A DNA stretch of 64,000 nucleotides from the human T2T-CHM13v2.0 reference genome, Homo sapiens, in NCBI RefSeq assembly GCF_009914755.1, contig NC_060932.1; one strand, 5' to 3'. The notes under the pieces are model-generated. The model was not told the origin of the DNA. It saw nothing but the letters and a program-made list of their open reading frames with translations, and made no database searches. Below are positions 23,980-40,498 of this stretch, one piece after another. The translations under genes were made by a program, and so were the position numbers. Numbering within the stretch: position 1 is the first letter of the stretch; each line of letters begins with the position of its first letter.

Positions 23980-25260
23980 TGACCGAATGTGGGGTGAGGA
24001 AGGGGCAAAAAAGCGATCCCGGTCTTGGCTCCTTCTTCCGGCACGGGCCGGAGCTGACACCCCCACGGAAAACCGCACAGCGCCTCCGCTCTTTCTCCAC
24101 GGGCTGAGGGATCAATGCACTTCCGCATAGGCCTAGGGCCCCACGCTCCGCGATCAGCGCCGGAAGCGCACGGCATGCTGGGATTTGTAGTCCTCCACCT
24201 GTGGCCGGCAGGCGTTTAGAACGCGAGGTCTAGTTGGCATTCTGGGATACATAGTTCCTGGGCGGGTGGGGGCGGATTCGTTGGTGTAATCTCTTTTCGG
24301 CTTAAAGAGCCAGAAGCGACACCACAGACTCCGGCGGGTCACATGACTCCAGTCTAGCTCGCATTGCGGCTCCCGCCCGGGCGAGTTCTCGCCCCCGCGC
24401 GGCCGTTGCCGAGGAGACGGCGCATGTCCCGCCGCGCGTTGCCCCCTCTGCAGTACCCCCGCCCCTCTTCTCCCACCACAATGAGATCCTAAGATGGCGG
24501 TGGCTGCGGCGGTTGGCGCTGCGTAGCTGAGGTCGAAAAGGCGGCCACTGGGGCCGAGGCAGCCAGGAAACGTGTGGGCCTCTCTGCTGCGGTCTCCGAG
24601 GGCCGACCGCTGCCGGCGGCGGGTCGTGGGGGCTGACTGTCGCTCTGCCTTTGACAGGAGAGGCTGCTTCTTGTAGAGGTAATGCCTGCGCGTCCCCAGC
24701 CCTTGGCAACCTAGGGCGGCGCGCCCCAGAGGCGGGAGAGTAACGGCTCCGGGACACTCGGCCCTGTTGGGTCTGGCCACGGGCCCACGCCTCCTCTGTA
24801 GGTTCCCGGGTCTTCCTGCCCCGGGCTTCCCGTGCCCTAGGCGGTCAGTCCGCCCGCTCCCTCAGGACTGATCGCCGGGATCCCCGGGTGAGCACCTCGC
24901 GACGCGTTGGTGATTGCAGGACTCCCTTCTTGCCTCCTCGCCCCTCCTGCTGGCCCTGTCGGGGAGGCTGTTCTGCGTCCCGGTGGCTCCGGCTATACCC
25001 CTTGCGGGCGGAGGAAGCGGAGCGGGGACTCTGGTTTGGGTGCTAGGGGCACTGGGTCGAGTTCTTAGAGAAACAGGCCTTGGTGGCCATAGTTCTTCCC
25101 CGCGTTCCCTCTGTGGAACTCTCGGTGTCCAGAGTTTGGGGTGTAGAAGGGCGGATGAGGAGCGACGCGACTCTGAAGAGTTGCAGTTGGGCTGTGAGCT
25201 GCAGGATTTCCGCCGTCTCTGGTGCTGTGGGAGCCGATGGGCCGGGGGAGGCGTTCCTGG
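23980..25260 (+). promoter_or_regulatory. PCM1: CpG-island promoter of PCM1
   Basis: Sharp rise in GC and CpG content; ETS CCGGAAG (~24160), ZNF143-type motifs (24173-24193, 24236-24258), GC boxes, GTCACATGAC (24338-24347), YY1-type AAGATGGCGG (24491-24500). Confidence 0.92.
24260..24678 (+). other. PCM1: PCM1 exon 1 (5' UTR; start position approximate)
   Basis: Lies in the CpG island and ends at donor GAG|GTAATG (GT 24679-24680); the TSS cannot be fixed from sequence. Confidence 0.7.
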
Positions 25261-26202
25261 GAAGGTTAATGGAGTAATTATTGCCCCTTCTTTCTCCCTT
25301 CCTACCTATCTAGTTAGAATTGGGCCTAGAACCGGGAAAGACTAAATGCCAAGTGGGACTGGGGGAAACGTTGTTTGGTTTACAGAAACTGGCGTTTGGG
25401 GATTAGGCCCCGCCAGGGAGGCTGGGCGCGCCAACTTTGCATCCCTCAGCCTACTCCCCAGGAACTCGCCTGGTTTAATTTTTTTTGTTTTGTTTTGTTT
25501 TTTTGAGCGAGTTGAGGTCTGTATTGTGTGTCTTACGGGTGACGGTTCGTGTTTGGGCGCTGGAAGGAGCGGGCTTTCTGGGCGCCCCTACCACCCCCGC
25601 CCCATAACCGCTTTCCAGACTCCGCCTGCTGGTGTTCTCTGGTTACCGGAGTGGGTGTTGCAGAGCCTCGGGTGCACCTGCTCCTTTCTTTCCCTAGCAC
25701 CTTCCTGGTGAGGACCCCTGAACACCAATATAATACAGAGTTTTTGAATTGAAGGTAAACCTGGTATTTATGTAGTGACGAGGTTATTTTATTATGAAGT
25801 ACAGTAGCTTTTAAATGAGCAAACATTTTTAAAATCATCGGATATACGAGGTTGTTACATAGTTTGAGTAACAGGAAGCTCGATCAATCAGAGGAGTAAA
25901 CTTTGGCATAGACTATTAAAGGATAGTTAGGGCTAACCATCTTTGTTACACTGTTCCGAAATAGATATCACTTTGCTGTTTGGTAAGATTTCAGAAGTTT
26001 AGGGGATTTAAGCATTTATGCATATCACACTATTTTCCAAAAGAATTGAGGTAACTTAAATTTAAAATATGAATAAGTTATATTTTTCCCCTTCTTTTGA
26101 TCTTTCTAAACATACTTTAGACCAAAACTGAAGTATTTTTTATTCTGTATTTCATAGCGTAAGTAATTTACTTAAGTGATACATATTTTTAATCCTAATT
26201 AG

Positions 26203-26270
26203 GAAACAGCTTTGAAGTGTGGAGCGGGAAAGGAGCAGTTTCTGAGCTGCAAAAACTAGTTTCTAAACAG
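26203..26270 (+). other. PCM1: PCM1 exon 2 (5' UTR, 68 nt)
   Basis: CCTAATTAG|GAAAC acceptor with branch-like CTAAT; CAG|GTAATT donor. Confidence 0.75.
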
Positions 26271-27045
26271 GTAATTTGACATTATTATCTGTATTATCCT
26301 TTGTATTAGAGTTGGAGAAGACTTTATGGTGGACACTGCTGTCACAGTTACAGTGCATGACTGAGGATCCTCTCTGCTTAGTAAACAAACTTTCTGGGTT
26401 CACCGCCCTGTTTGCTCTGCTTTTCGGCGTGCTGCTTTGGCCTGCCGGTATATCTTTGTTCGGAAAGGCCCTGTCATTCCTAATTATTAATTACTAGAAT
26501 GGTTTATGCAGTACCGTTTGAAATTTATTTGTCTTCACAGAATTTTTTCAACCTGTTTGAATTTGTCCTATAACTGGATAGCCTCTCTTTCCAAATCCAT
26601 TTAATCTCAAGTTCTCTCCTACAACATTCCTATTAATTGGCTGTTCATGAACTCTACTTGTCGAACTTGTTATACCTTGACCGAAATTTAGTTGTCTAAA
26701 ATTACTTTATTATTATTTTTTGTACTTCGATCTCCCTTTCCTGGTATAAAGTTACTTGAAACATTACTTTTAGCGCATAGTACATTGTCACATGCAAGTG
26801 ACATAAAGGTATTCTCTGTCCAGCAGAATAAAGTCAGTGTTGTAGAATGTAAGTTCACTAGGAGAAGTTCAATAATTGTTTGCAAAGGGCAGTTTGGAAA
26901 AATGGCTAAAAGATAATTAGAAGTTTGTTAAAAGCTTTTTAGAAATAATTGCTCTTCAGAAAAAAACCTCAGAAATAAATAACCTAAATTTAAGTCTACT
27001 CTTAAAATTTTAAGAAAGTTCATTTTGAAAGTTTTGTAGAAATTG

Positions 27046-27391
<346 letters not shown>

Positions 27392-28614
27392 TTATTTTAT
27401 AGCTCTCCTATGAGGACCTGAAATGAGACTGTCATGAGAAAATACGAATAGGTAGTTGATGTATATCTTAATTATAATTCTCAGTGGGTTTTTTTTTTTT
27501 TAAACTGGAAGACTAACAAAACAGGGCAAGAAAAATGGAACTCAAGGGAAAGGTCACATGTGAATGTGTGTGTTAGAGTTGTTAATACTACAGTGATTGC
27601 TGTATGGTGGGCTTTAGTAAAATAAACAATAATTACAAAATTAGTTATAAGATTTTCCTTTTAGCACATTGGGGAAGATGATGGATAAGACGAATAAAAA
27701 TAAAGGGTAATTGAGTTAACTTAAATTGGAAGACCTGGGTTTTTTCAATAGGAGATTTGGCCATTTTTTTCTGAAGGAGGAAAGTGGATTTGAGACTTGG
27801 AGAAACTAGTAAGGCTGTGAGATTCACAGTACAGAACTAAGAAGACAACCAGAAATACCTATCAGTACTTTCATTTTTACGGATTTGAGTGCTAGGCAAC
27901 GTGCTATGTAATGACTACTACAGATAAAACAGTGTGCAAAACAGACAGGGTGCCTTTCTTCATGGAGTAAATTTACATTTTAAAAGTATCTATGTGTATG
28001 TAGAGTGTAGTATATCTTAATAGTGATCACAGGCAATGCCATTTTATGATCATTTCCCCACTTTTTGACAGCTTGAGAATAGTAGCAGAGAAAACAGACA
28101 GTGGAGTTTAGCCAGAATTGAGTCGACACAGTACGCAAGTAGGTGAGGAAGTGAAGGATGCTAGCTAGCAAGGCATTTTTGCAATGACTTAGTTGGGTTT
28201 GGGTTTGAGTAAAGAATCAAGGGATTGATGGATTTAGGGAGAGAGAAACGATCAAGGGGCTGGTAGTATTCAGGAAGGCTAAGAGCAGTTTCAGCAGGAA
28301 TCAAGTGAGAGAAGTAGAATGCAAAAACTTATGATCAGAAAGAGGAACTTCAGAAGTTCAGGATCCTGAACAAATTATCAGTTCAGTATTGGAATAGAGA
28401 AGATGAGATGGATATTGGAATTGAGGCCAGAGTCCTAGAAAAGTCATTGCAAGTGTTTAGTTCATGCAAGCAGGGAATGAAGTAGAAAGTGAAACCATGC
28501 GCCAGTTACTGTCAGGAAAAGTACAGGCATATCTTGGATATTTTCAGAGGTGATTATGAGTAATTTAATGCCATTTGAGAAAAAAATAATTTTTTTCGTT
28601 ACTGATCACTTTGA

Positions 28615-30490
<1,876 letters not shown>

Positions 30491-31176
30491 TGACCGTCTG
30501 TGCTTGCTTCTCATCATAGGCTGATTCCTTAAAAATATTAGCTAATGACTTTCTTTATTTTTTCCCTCTTCCTTCCAATAATACATTCCAGTTATGGAAT
30601 TGACCCTCACTACCCCTGCTGAAATTTCTCACCAAAGTCAACAGTAACCTTGTTGCTAAATCTAGGAGGATACTTCTCAGTACTTCTCTTATCTGGCAAG
30701 GTAACTGTTTGGTTTCTTATCACATTCTACTTGATACACTTTTCCCCTTTTGGCAGGCTCTCCTGGTTTCCCTCCTGTCTTTCTGTACCTTATTAGTGTA
30801 TTAGCGTGTCCTTTTCCTCTGCCTCTCTATTTAATACCAGTGTATTTAAGATCTGGTCTTCTCTTACTCTTTATCGTCTCCCTGAGTCCTCTGTCCCACT
30901 TTTTGAGTGGATGACTCTCCAGCCCAGATTTCTCTGTTGAGAGATAGATCGCTATTTGTCAACCGGACAATTTTATTGGGTGTATTATAGGCACATCAAA
31001 CTCTCCATTTCTAAAACTTGAACTCATCATCATCCTCTCTCAACAAAGAAAACTTGTTTCTTTTCTGATCAGTTTAACTGTGTGTCACATACCCAGTTTC
31101 TAGCAACCTTTATCCTTTATCTTTTAACTCTACTATCCTTTAACTCTTCTGCTTCTTTATCGCCCGTGTTGTAATA

Positions 31177-31502
31177 CAGTAGTCTGCCCTATTCTGTGTG
31201 GGATACCTTCCAGAGACCCCCAGTGCATGCCTGAAACTGTGGGTAGTACCAAACTCTATGTGTATGTTATTTCCTGTATGTATGTAACTGTGATAAAGTT
31301 TAATTTATAGATTAGGCTCAGTAAGAGATTAACAATAACTAATAAGACAGAATAGTCACAACAGTATACTGTAATAAAAGTTACAAGAATGTGGTCTCTG
31401 TCGCTCAAAATAACGTACTTTACTCACCAGTTTCCTGACCATGGTTGACTATGGGGAACTATAATCCTGTAACACAAAACTGCAGATAAGGTGGGGACTA
31501 TA
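31177..31502. mobile_element. MER44/Tigger7-like DNA transposon
   Basis: TIR-like ends CAGTAGTCTGCCCTATT... and ...GATAAGGTGGGGACTA. Confidence 0.7.
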
Positions 31503-31590
31503 GTCACCAACTCCTATTGATCCTGCACAGCAGTTTTGCTTGAATTGGTATTCTGTACATCCTTAGTCTTTTCGTTATTGGAATACTTCC

Positions 31591-31891
31591 TTTTTTTTTT
31601 TTTTTTTTTTGAGACAGAGTCTCGCTCTTCCGCCCAGGCCGGAGTGCAGTGGTGTTATCTGGGTTCACTACAAGCTCCGCCTCCTGGGTTCACACCATTC
31701 TGCCTCAGCCTCCCGAGTAGCTGGGACTACAGGTGCCCGCCACCACGCCTGGCTAATTTTTTGTATTTTTAGTAGAGGTGACAGGGTTTCACCGTGTTAG
31801 CCAGGATGGTCTCGATCTCCTGACCTCGTGATCCGCCTGCCTTGGCCTCCCAAAATGCTGGGATTACAGGCGTGAGCCACTGCGCCTGACC
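31591..31891 (-). mobile_element. AluY
   Basis: Antisense; TSD CGTTAYTGGAATACT. Confidence 0.92.
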
Positions 31892-32085
31892 GTTACTGGA
31901 ATACTTTCTGTACTTGTAAGTACTAGTTTATATTAATGTGTTTACAGAATAAAATTTAGAAGGCAGAGATTCTGTATTTGTAATGGTGACATTTAGGTGG
32001 TTAAAGAGGTTGACATGAAGAGAAATAACATGCCATTACTCTTATGAGGGAGATACTTAGTATTTTTGGGAAATGTTGTGAATGT

Positions 32086-32385
<300 letters not shown>

Positions 32386-32784
32386 TCATCCATATGCAAT
32401 TATTTCTTTAGCTTCATACTAATAGTTTTACTTTTTAAAGGCATACTAATGCTGTGCCTTTTAAACACATTTGGTGTCATCATTAAGTTACAAAGTATTC
32501 TACCCCCTATGGCAATCACAGTGTAACAGTGGATGAAATTGTTCATTTTGCCAACCTGATAGATTAGACTTTAGTAAATTTTGTTTTAAAAAATACTAAA
32601 AAAATCATCTGTTTTTCCCAAACTAATTAGAGTGTACAGTTTTAAAATTGTTTTAGAAACTTATTTTAGTAGTGTTCAAAGTCGTTAGCCAGAAATAGGT
32701 CTTTGGAACAAGCTCTGCATTTTAGGGGGAATTTATTGTGATAGGGAAATAGAATGCGTAAAACATTCTTTCTCCAGATATATT

Positions 32785-33035
<251 letters not shown>

Positions 33036-35754
33036 ATATATTCTTAATACATTTATCTTACTTTACTATTACTTCATTATTCTATTAATAGAAAGTATTG
33101 CTAACATACTCTTTTAAGATAAAAATGATATGTAATAATTTTGACTTAAATATCTTAATTTTCCCTTCCAATTTACGTTTCAAAACAATTGCTTTTAGTA
33201 CTTTTAAATATGGCATCACTTCTGTTGCCTGGCTGTTTTATTCTTCAGTATTACAAATTATGTCAGTATATGTAGAATACAGTAGTTGCAAAATGTTTTA
33301 TTTAAATGAGTCATTTTGGTTCACTGGATATACTTCTATGGGTATTATTTTTTAAAGTTTTAAAATATATTTCTAGTATAAATAATTACGTAAACTGTTC
33401 CTGAAAATATGAGACAGAAAAAAAGAAGAAAAATCACCAGTGCCTACCCTGTAACCAATAATTGCTTTTGTGAAAGCACTTTAATAAAGTTTCTTAGCTT
33501 TTGTTTAAAAAAATTTATGTATAATTTTTCATACTGCTTTTTTACTTTTTTATATTACTTTTTCCATGATACACCGACAGGTTATATTGTCCAGGCTTCA
33601 TAATTACATATTTTGAAGGGTACTTAGTATTCTACCCAGCAAGTGTAGTACAGTTTGCCTAATAGCATTGATTTTGTCATTTGACATTTAGTGTTGTTTT
33701 TTAATTTATCACAATTATAGCGTAATAAACAACTTCATTATAGTTCTTTCCACCATATTTAAGGTTGTTTTCTTAGATTGCATATAGAGAGGTAGAATTA
33801 CTGCGTCAAAAATTCAGTTTTAGTTCTTGATACAGTATTGCCAAAATGCTTTCCAGAAATGTTATACTGGTTTATATTCTCAATGTAGTGTCTGAGAATT
33901 CCATTTTCCTTTTACTGTCATTAGGATTAGATAATATGTAATTTATATGAAAGTTAGCAAATTTAATAGTTTCTTATTTTAATTTGCAGCTGGACTTTAT
34001 ATATTCGTATTTTTTTTTGCAAACTACTTGTTTTGCTTATATTTCTCCGGTTTTATTTTTTTAAAACAAATTCTCTGTATAACAAAGGTATTAACTATAC
34101 TTAGTATTTCTTTGAGATTTTTTTTTCTCCCAAGCTCTCATTTACTATTCTCAGCACACTTAGGAATTTACTTTTATGTGAATAAAATCTGTTGAACTTT
34201 TTATTTTTTATTTCTTTGTGTTCTAAATTTAGTAAGTTCTCTGTTTTTAAAAACCATTCAATTTTCTTGTCTTTTTAAAATCTTAATTGATGTTTAAAAT
34301 TCTGTTTTAATCTTTGACTATTTTGATAGTATGATATAAGGCAGCCTTTCTCAGTTGGGAGAGAATTAAGCTCCAATACCCTAAGGCATCTGTTGTTTAC
34401 TGTGAATTAACTTTTTTTCTGTGTGTCTGGGATGGATGGTACTGGATATGTACCATCCTTGGGAGAATTGAGAAAGTAGTGACTCAAACGATTTTTCCCC
34501 TCTTCTATGATTGAGGTGAAGAATACCACTTAAGGAAGACTGTTAAAGCTCTAAATGTATCTTTTTCAAATCTGTTAGCAAATTGTTGTATCAGTGCTCA
34601 CTCCTACATCATAGAATTGTTGTGAGGCTTCAATGACATAATGGACGTGAAATATTTTAGCATGGTGTTTGGCATGTGGTAAGCAAAATAAAATGCGTTA
34701 GCTGTTACTAGTTTTTCTTACTACATTTTTCTGATTACATGTATTTGAGGGTTTTTGTTCCTGAGCTAGTACTGATTTAACCATATAGACAGCATTGTTG
34801 AAACCATATAGACAGCTAATTTGGATTAGCATTCTAACCTCCTGACCTCTGTTGCTATCCTTGCTTTTATTTTACAGATGGTAACTTTTTTTTCCGATAT
34901 GTTTATTCTTCCAGATAAATTTTAGAATTATTTTGTCAAGTTCTAAGGAGAATCCCAGTGGGATCTTAACTGGAATTACATTAAGCCAATCTACATTTAG
35001 AAAAAGTGGTTGGTTGTAATATTTAGTATCCCATCATGGAAGATAGTTTTTCTACTTATTCACATTTTTTCTCCCATATTGTTTTATAGAGTTTAATAGT
35101 GCTTCTTGACATAGAGCCAAATTATTACTCCTAGTTATTTTATATATTTGTCACTATTATAAGTAGCATCGTTTAAGTGGTATTGGTGATATTTTGACGT
35201 TCTCTAGATTTTTAAAAAATACCTACTCTTTAAGAATACCACCTTTTCTCTTTTCAGTGGTAATATTTCTGTTTCATATTTGTCTGCTTGATAGAATTTC
35301 TGAAAGAATGCCAAGTAACTGATATGTAGCATTCTTATTTTGGTCTTTATTGGAGATGTCCTTCATGTCTTATTTTAAGCATAATGTTGACTGCTTGTTT
35401 ATACTTACTTTCAACTCTTTAGAGAATTATTAAAGTAATATATGCTCATTAAAAAAAGAGTGAAATATAACAGGAAGGGTCAATGTATTTGTGATTTTTA
35501 AGATTTTTAAAATTAATACTTCGTTGAATTTTATCATTTTTATTTTGAGATAAAATTTAATTTGCTATATAATTTGTTAAAGTAATATGTTATTCTAATA
35601 GATATTCTAGCATCAAAACATCTGTGGGACAAATTCTACTTTTTCAGAGTTGATAATCCTTTTGATATTTTTTCTCTAGTGAATGGGATGAGTTAGGGTC
35701 TTAGAATTAAAGCAACTTGGATTTTTATCATTATTACTATTTATTTAATTTTTA

Positions 35755-36083
<329 letters not shown>

Positions 36084-37099
36084 TGACCTTGGCCAAACTG
36101 TCTCTTTTGAATGTCAGTGCTTTTGTGTGTAGTTTAATGACTTTTCATGTCCCTTGAATTTTAGATAAAATTATCTCAACCTCTCCTCTTTCAGCTAGCA
36201 CCCTTTCAACCTGTACAATTCCACAGCTAGTGGAAATCCAAAGTCTTCTGCAAGATTATGCAGAAATCTTACTTTCTGATGATCATCTCTGCCTTTGAAC
36301 CTCTACTTCCACCATTGCTGCTGCTTTTTCTCATCTCTTTGACCCAGGTAGGAAATTCAGTCCCTTTCTTGATTTTCACATGTACAAGCAAAAACCCCAT
36401 TTTTATGGGGAGGATTAGAGTTTGGTAGTCTTTACCAAGATTTAGAGAAAGCACTAATACAAATTAAACTAGGGTAGTAAGCATCACTATTCTTAAAATG
36501 TCTTCTAGCCACTGCACTTTTGGATGTTTTGGCCCTAGTCCTGCTTCTCTTTCCCTACCTTCTTATCATCTTGCTATTGTACCTTCCTGTTAAAACCAAA
36601 ATTTTCTTCTTGTTTCTTGCAGAGCAGTTCTCCCGTCTTTGACTCTTTGGCATACAACTAATGCCTGTGTTTTCAGGGTATCATCTTCATCCCAAGTCCA
36701 TTGTCAGAACAGAGATACTTTCTTTCCTGGGAGAAGTTCTGGGTCTAGCTGTTTATGACACTTTTCCTACTTTATTGTTCTACCCTTTGGAACTGTGTTG
36801 AATTAAGTAAGTAATCTTCAAGCATGCAGACTGGTGCTCACAAGGTATATTCAGGGGTTTTCCTTTCCTTCTCTGTCATTCCAACTACCTAGCTCATTTT
36901 AATCATAATATGCCTGTCACAGCTAAATCAATTTGTCTGTGATGTGGTTGACAGTGCCTCATTTTAGTTCATAAAAATCAGTGCTTCAAAGATTGTATTG
37001 CTAAACTTCATGGAATGATTTGAAAATTGAATTTGTTTTTATGTGTTATAAAGCTCAGTTCTTAACTTGTTTCGCAGAGAGTTAATTGTTAAATCCAGT

Positions 37100-37195
37100 A
37101 TGGCCACAGGAGGAGGTCCCTTTGAAGATGGCATGAATGATCAGGATTTACCAAACTGGAGTAATGAGAATGTTGATGACAGGCTCAACAATATG
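37100..37195 (+). CDS. PCM1: PCM1 first coding exon (exon starts at 37078)
   Basis: AGT ATG G Kozak context; MATGGGPFEDGMNDQDLPNWSNENVDDRLNNM is the PCM1 N-terminus; ATG|GTATGA donor; too short for the ORF track. Confidence 0.96.
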
Positions 37196-38622
37196 GTATG
37201 ATTCCTTACTCTTCATGGTGTGTTGTTGGCTATTAATGTTAAAATGCAGTTTTCCCCCTGACCAAATTTAACTCACTGATGCTCTTTGTATACACTTGCT
37301 GGCCAAGACATTAAGGGACCCTGGGCCGTTTATTATATTAATTGAAGACACAAATCAAATTGAGTTTTTAAGCCCCAAAGCAGATTTACTGTTACATAAA
37401 GATGTAAAAGTGTTTTTTTTATGGAAACCATGTTTAAGACATGCAGCTGGGTTTTAGGAAGGGATTTGGAGAAGGAATTGGGAAATTATCAAGAATTACG
37501 TTTTCACCACCCTAACTCTGCTTTTGAGTGCATCTGCCTAACACACCTTTCTCTTTACAGACCAGTTTTCTCTCCTCTGGTCCATGTGATATACTGTGGC
37601 TGTCCCATTGTTCTAAACCTTTTAGTTATGGGTGCAGTTATGTACTGACTAGTTACCTCTTAGTTCCAATTTGAAATTTTGTAGTATGATTATCCTAATT
37701 TGGATTAGATATGTGTTTCTTTTTTCAGTCTTCTGTGGCGAGGGTGGGGTGAGGTGTAAGTAGTGTAACAGGTTGGCAGGAATATTCACTCATAGATTGG
37801 GTGGAAGGACAGTTCATAAAGAAGGGGGTTTTGTTAAAATAAGGAAAATATCCCAAGTGGTTTACTATACTAGTACTAAAAGAATTTTCCAGTTGGATAA
37901 AGTGGGAATTTACAGACCTTTTTGTTAATGAATTAGGTTATGTGAGTTTAACTAAGTAAATAAAAATGTTTTCTATTTGAAACTATAAGCACTTTTTGTA
38001 ATTCCATATTAGCTGTTACCATGTACATTTTTACCTATAAAAATAATAGCTGTCTTTATTGCTTACTAAATGCTAGGTACTAATTAGTTTTAATCCTATT
38101 TTGAAGGTGACACTATTTTAGAGATTAGGAAACTGAGACTATAGGAAGCAAAATAAATAGCCTAGGGTCACACAGTGGAGTGTTTTTTCAGAAAACAGTA
38201 ATTAGGTTTAGAACCTAGGTTGATTTGATTTCAGATCTCTTTTTGATACGTACTGACTTTATAGGAGATCGGTAAAGGTATCTGTAATTTATTTCACTAT
38301 TTATAATAGAAAATCACAATGTAAAAAAATCCTCTTGGAAATATTCAGATTGATTTTAGGGTTGGCATTTGAGGATTTGTATTTGTTAGTGATCTTGATA
38401 AGAAAATAATCTCTTTTCAGAAGGATGGGCTATAAAATTAAGGTAGATGTAATGAGGGGAAAATGGGTTAATAGAAGTAAATATTTGTCTCTAGGAGTAT
38501 AAGTCTGTCAAAAATGTCTTGTCTTTTTTAATTTTAAAACTGACCAAAACTTTTTAATTATACCAATCTATTTTCCTGGTTTGATACAGGCCATGTTAAT
38601 TTTTGCTTTTACTTTTTTAAAG

Positions 38623-38868
38623 GATTGGGGTGCCCAACAGAAGAAAGCAAATAGATCATCAGAAAAGAATAAGAAAAAGTTTGGTGTAGAAAGTGATAAA
38701 AGAGTAACCAATGATATTTCTCCGGAGTCGTCACCAGGAGTTGGAAGGCGAAGAACAAAGACTCCACATACGTTCCCACACAGTAGATACATGAGTCAGA
38801 TGTCTGTCCCAGAGCAGGCAGAATTAGAGAAACTGAAACAGCGGATAAACTTCAGTGATTTAGATCAG
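38623..38868 (+). CDS. PCM1: PCM1 coding exon (246 nt)
   Basis: DWGAQQKKANRSSEK...INFSDLDQ; AG/GT boundaries, phase 0. Confidence 0.96.
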
Positions 38869-39625
38869 GTTTGTGAATTATTTTTAAAAATGAAGCTATT
38901 ACTGTGAGAAATACTTGAAATGGATTAAATAATTTGTCTTAGGAATAAAAAATTGAGCTGTTTATGTAATTTTTAAAAAAAGTTTCTGTGCCTATGGAAA
39001 GAATTTTAATCACTGGGGATGGTCCTGTCTTCTTTAGAAGGAAATGAAGTCCCATTTCTAAACTTGCTAAAGACATGCATTTCTGGACTTTATACTATGT
39101 TATATGACTAACTCAAGTGATTTTACTATACAACTAAATTTTGCATTTTGGTAACTGAATAAAATGGTATTAAGTAATGGAAAGTTCCAGTTTAGTATAT
39201 ATATCATTGGCTAAGTGTGGGATGTGCTGGGTTACCTCAAGTTTAGAATGAAACTATTTTCTGTTTATAATCACCAAAATAAAGTTTAGATCTAAAAACA
39301 AGTAGAAATGATAATAAATTCTTGAGAGATATTTTACTCTTAGATCTATATGTCATAGAGACACACACATTTCCAAAAATGTAGAAAGGTAGATTCAAGT
39401 CTGATAATGATGTTGGTAATGATCATGTATCATTTATTTATATCTATTTATCAATTATTGAACACTTAACTGTATATCAGGCACTGAGCTGAATACTTTT
39501 TCAGACAGTTCTTCATGTAGACACAACTTTAATTACATTGATTCATTGGGTCCAAAGCGTATAAAAATACTATAAGCAAGTAATAAAAAGCAATATGAGT
39601 TAAAGTGTGATCCATGGTCCTAGGA

Positions 39626-39970
39626 CACGTTGAGCATCCCTAATACGAAAATCCGAAATGCTCCAAAATCCAAAACTTTTTAAGTGCCAACATGAGTGGA
39701 AAATTTAACACCTGACCTTGTGTGATGGTCTGCAGTGAAAACGCGTCAAAACTTTGTTTCGTGCACAAAATTATTAAAAATATTGTATAAGATTACCTTC
39801 AGATTATGTGTATAAGGTGCACATGAAACATAAATGAATTTTATGTTTAGACTCCGGTCTCTTTCCTAAGATATATCTCATGTTTATGCATATATTCCAA
39901 AATTTGAAAAAAAATGAAACTCCTAACACTTCTTGTCTGAAATATTTTGGATAAGGGGTACTCAAGCTGT
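39626..39970. mobile_element. Tigger4/MER46-like DNA transposon
   Basis: GTTGAGCATCCCTAAT...AAATCCGAAATGCTCCAAAATC start; GGATAAGGGGTACTCAAGCTG end. Confidence 0.75.
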
Positions 39971-40228
39971 ACTTCATTTAGACTTACCTTGTTCATATTC
40001 GTCAGTTGAATTGTCTCAGCAAAGTGAAGTCTAGAAAATGCTAATCAAATTTTCATATTGTAGTGAAAGACTGTTACAGAGCCAAAGCTCTTTCAGGTCT
40101 TAGTGCAAAGCTCTTTGTGTGCACCTTCTGAATCAATATCTGATGGCGAAACTAAGAACATTGGGGTTAAAACAAAATTTTGTCATAAGGTTAATGTTTG
40201 TGTGATTTGATTTCTTTTTCATATATAG

Positions 40229-40498
40229 AGAAGCATTGGAAGTGATTCCCAAGGTAGAGCAACAGCTGCTAACAACAAACGTCAGCTTAGTGAAAACCGA
40301 AAGCCCTTCAACTTTTTGCCTATGCAGATTAATACTAACAAGAGCAAAGATGCATCTACAAACCCCCCAAACAGAGAAACGATTGGATCAGCACAGTGTA
40401 AAGAGTTGTTTGCTTCTGCTTTAAGTAATGACCTCTTGCAAAACTGTCAGGTGTCTGAAGAAGATGGGAGGGGAGAACCTGCAATGGAGAGCAGCCAG
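40229..40498 (+). CDS. PCM1: PCM1 coding exon (270 nt)
   Basis: RSIGSDSQGRATAANN...EPAMESSQ; AG/GT. Confidence 0.95.

Noticed and set aside
23831-25838. Many long overlapping ORFs (up to 208 aa) on both strands
   Set aside because: Expected from stop-codon scarcity in a CpG island; no recognisable protein character
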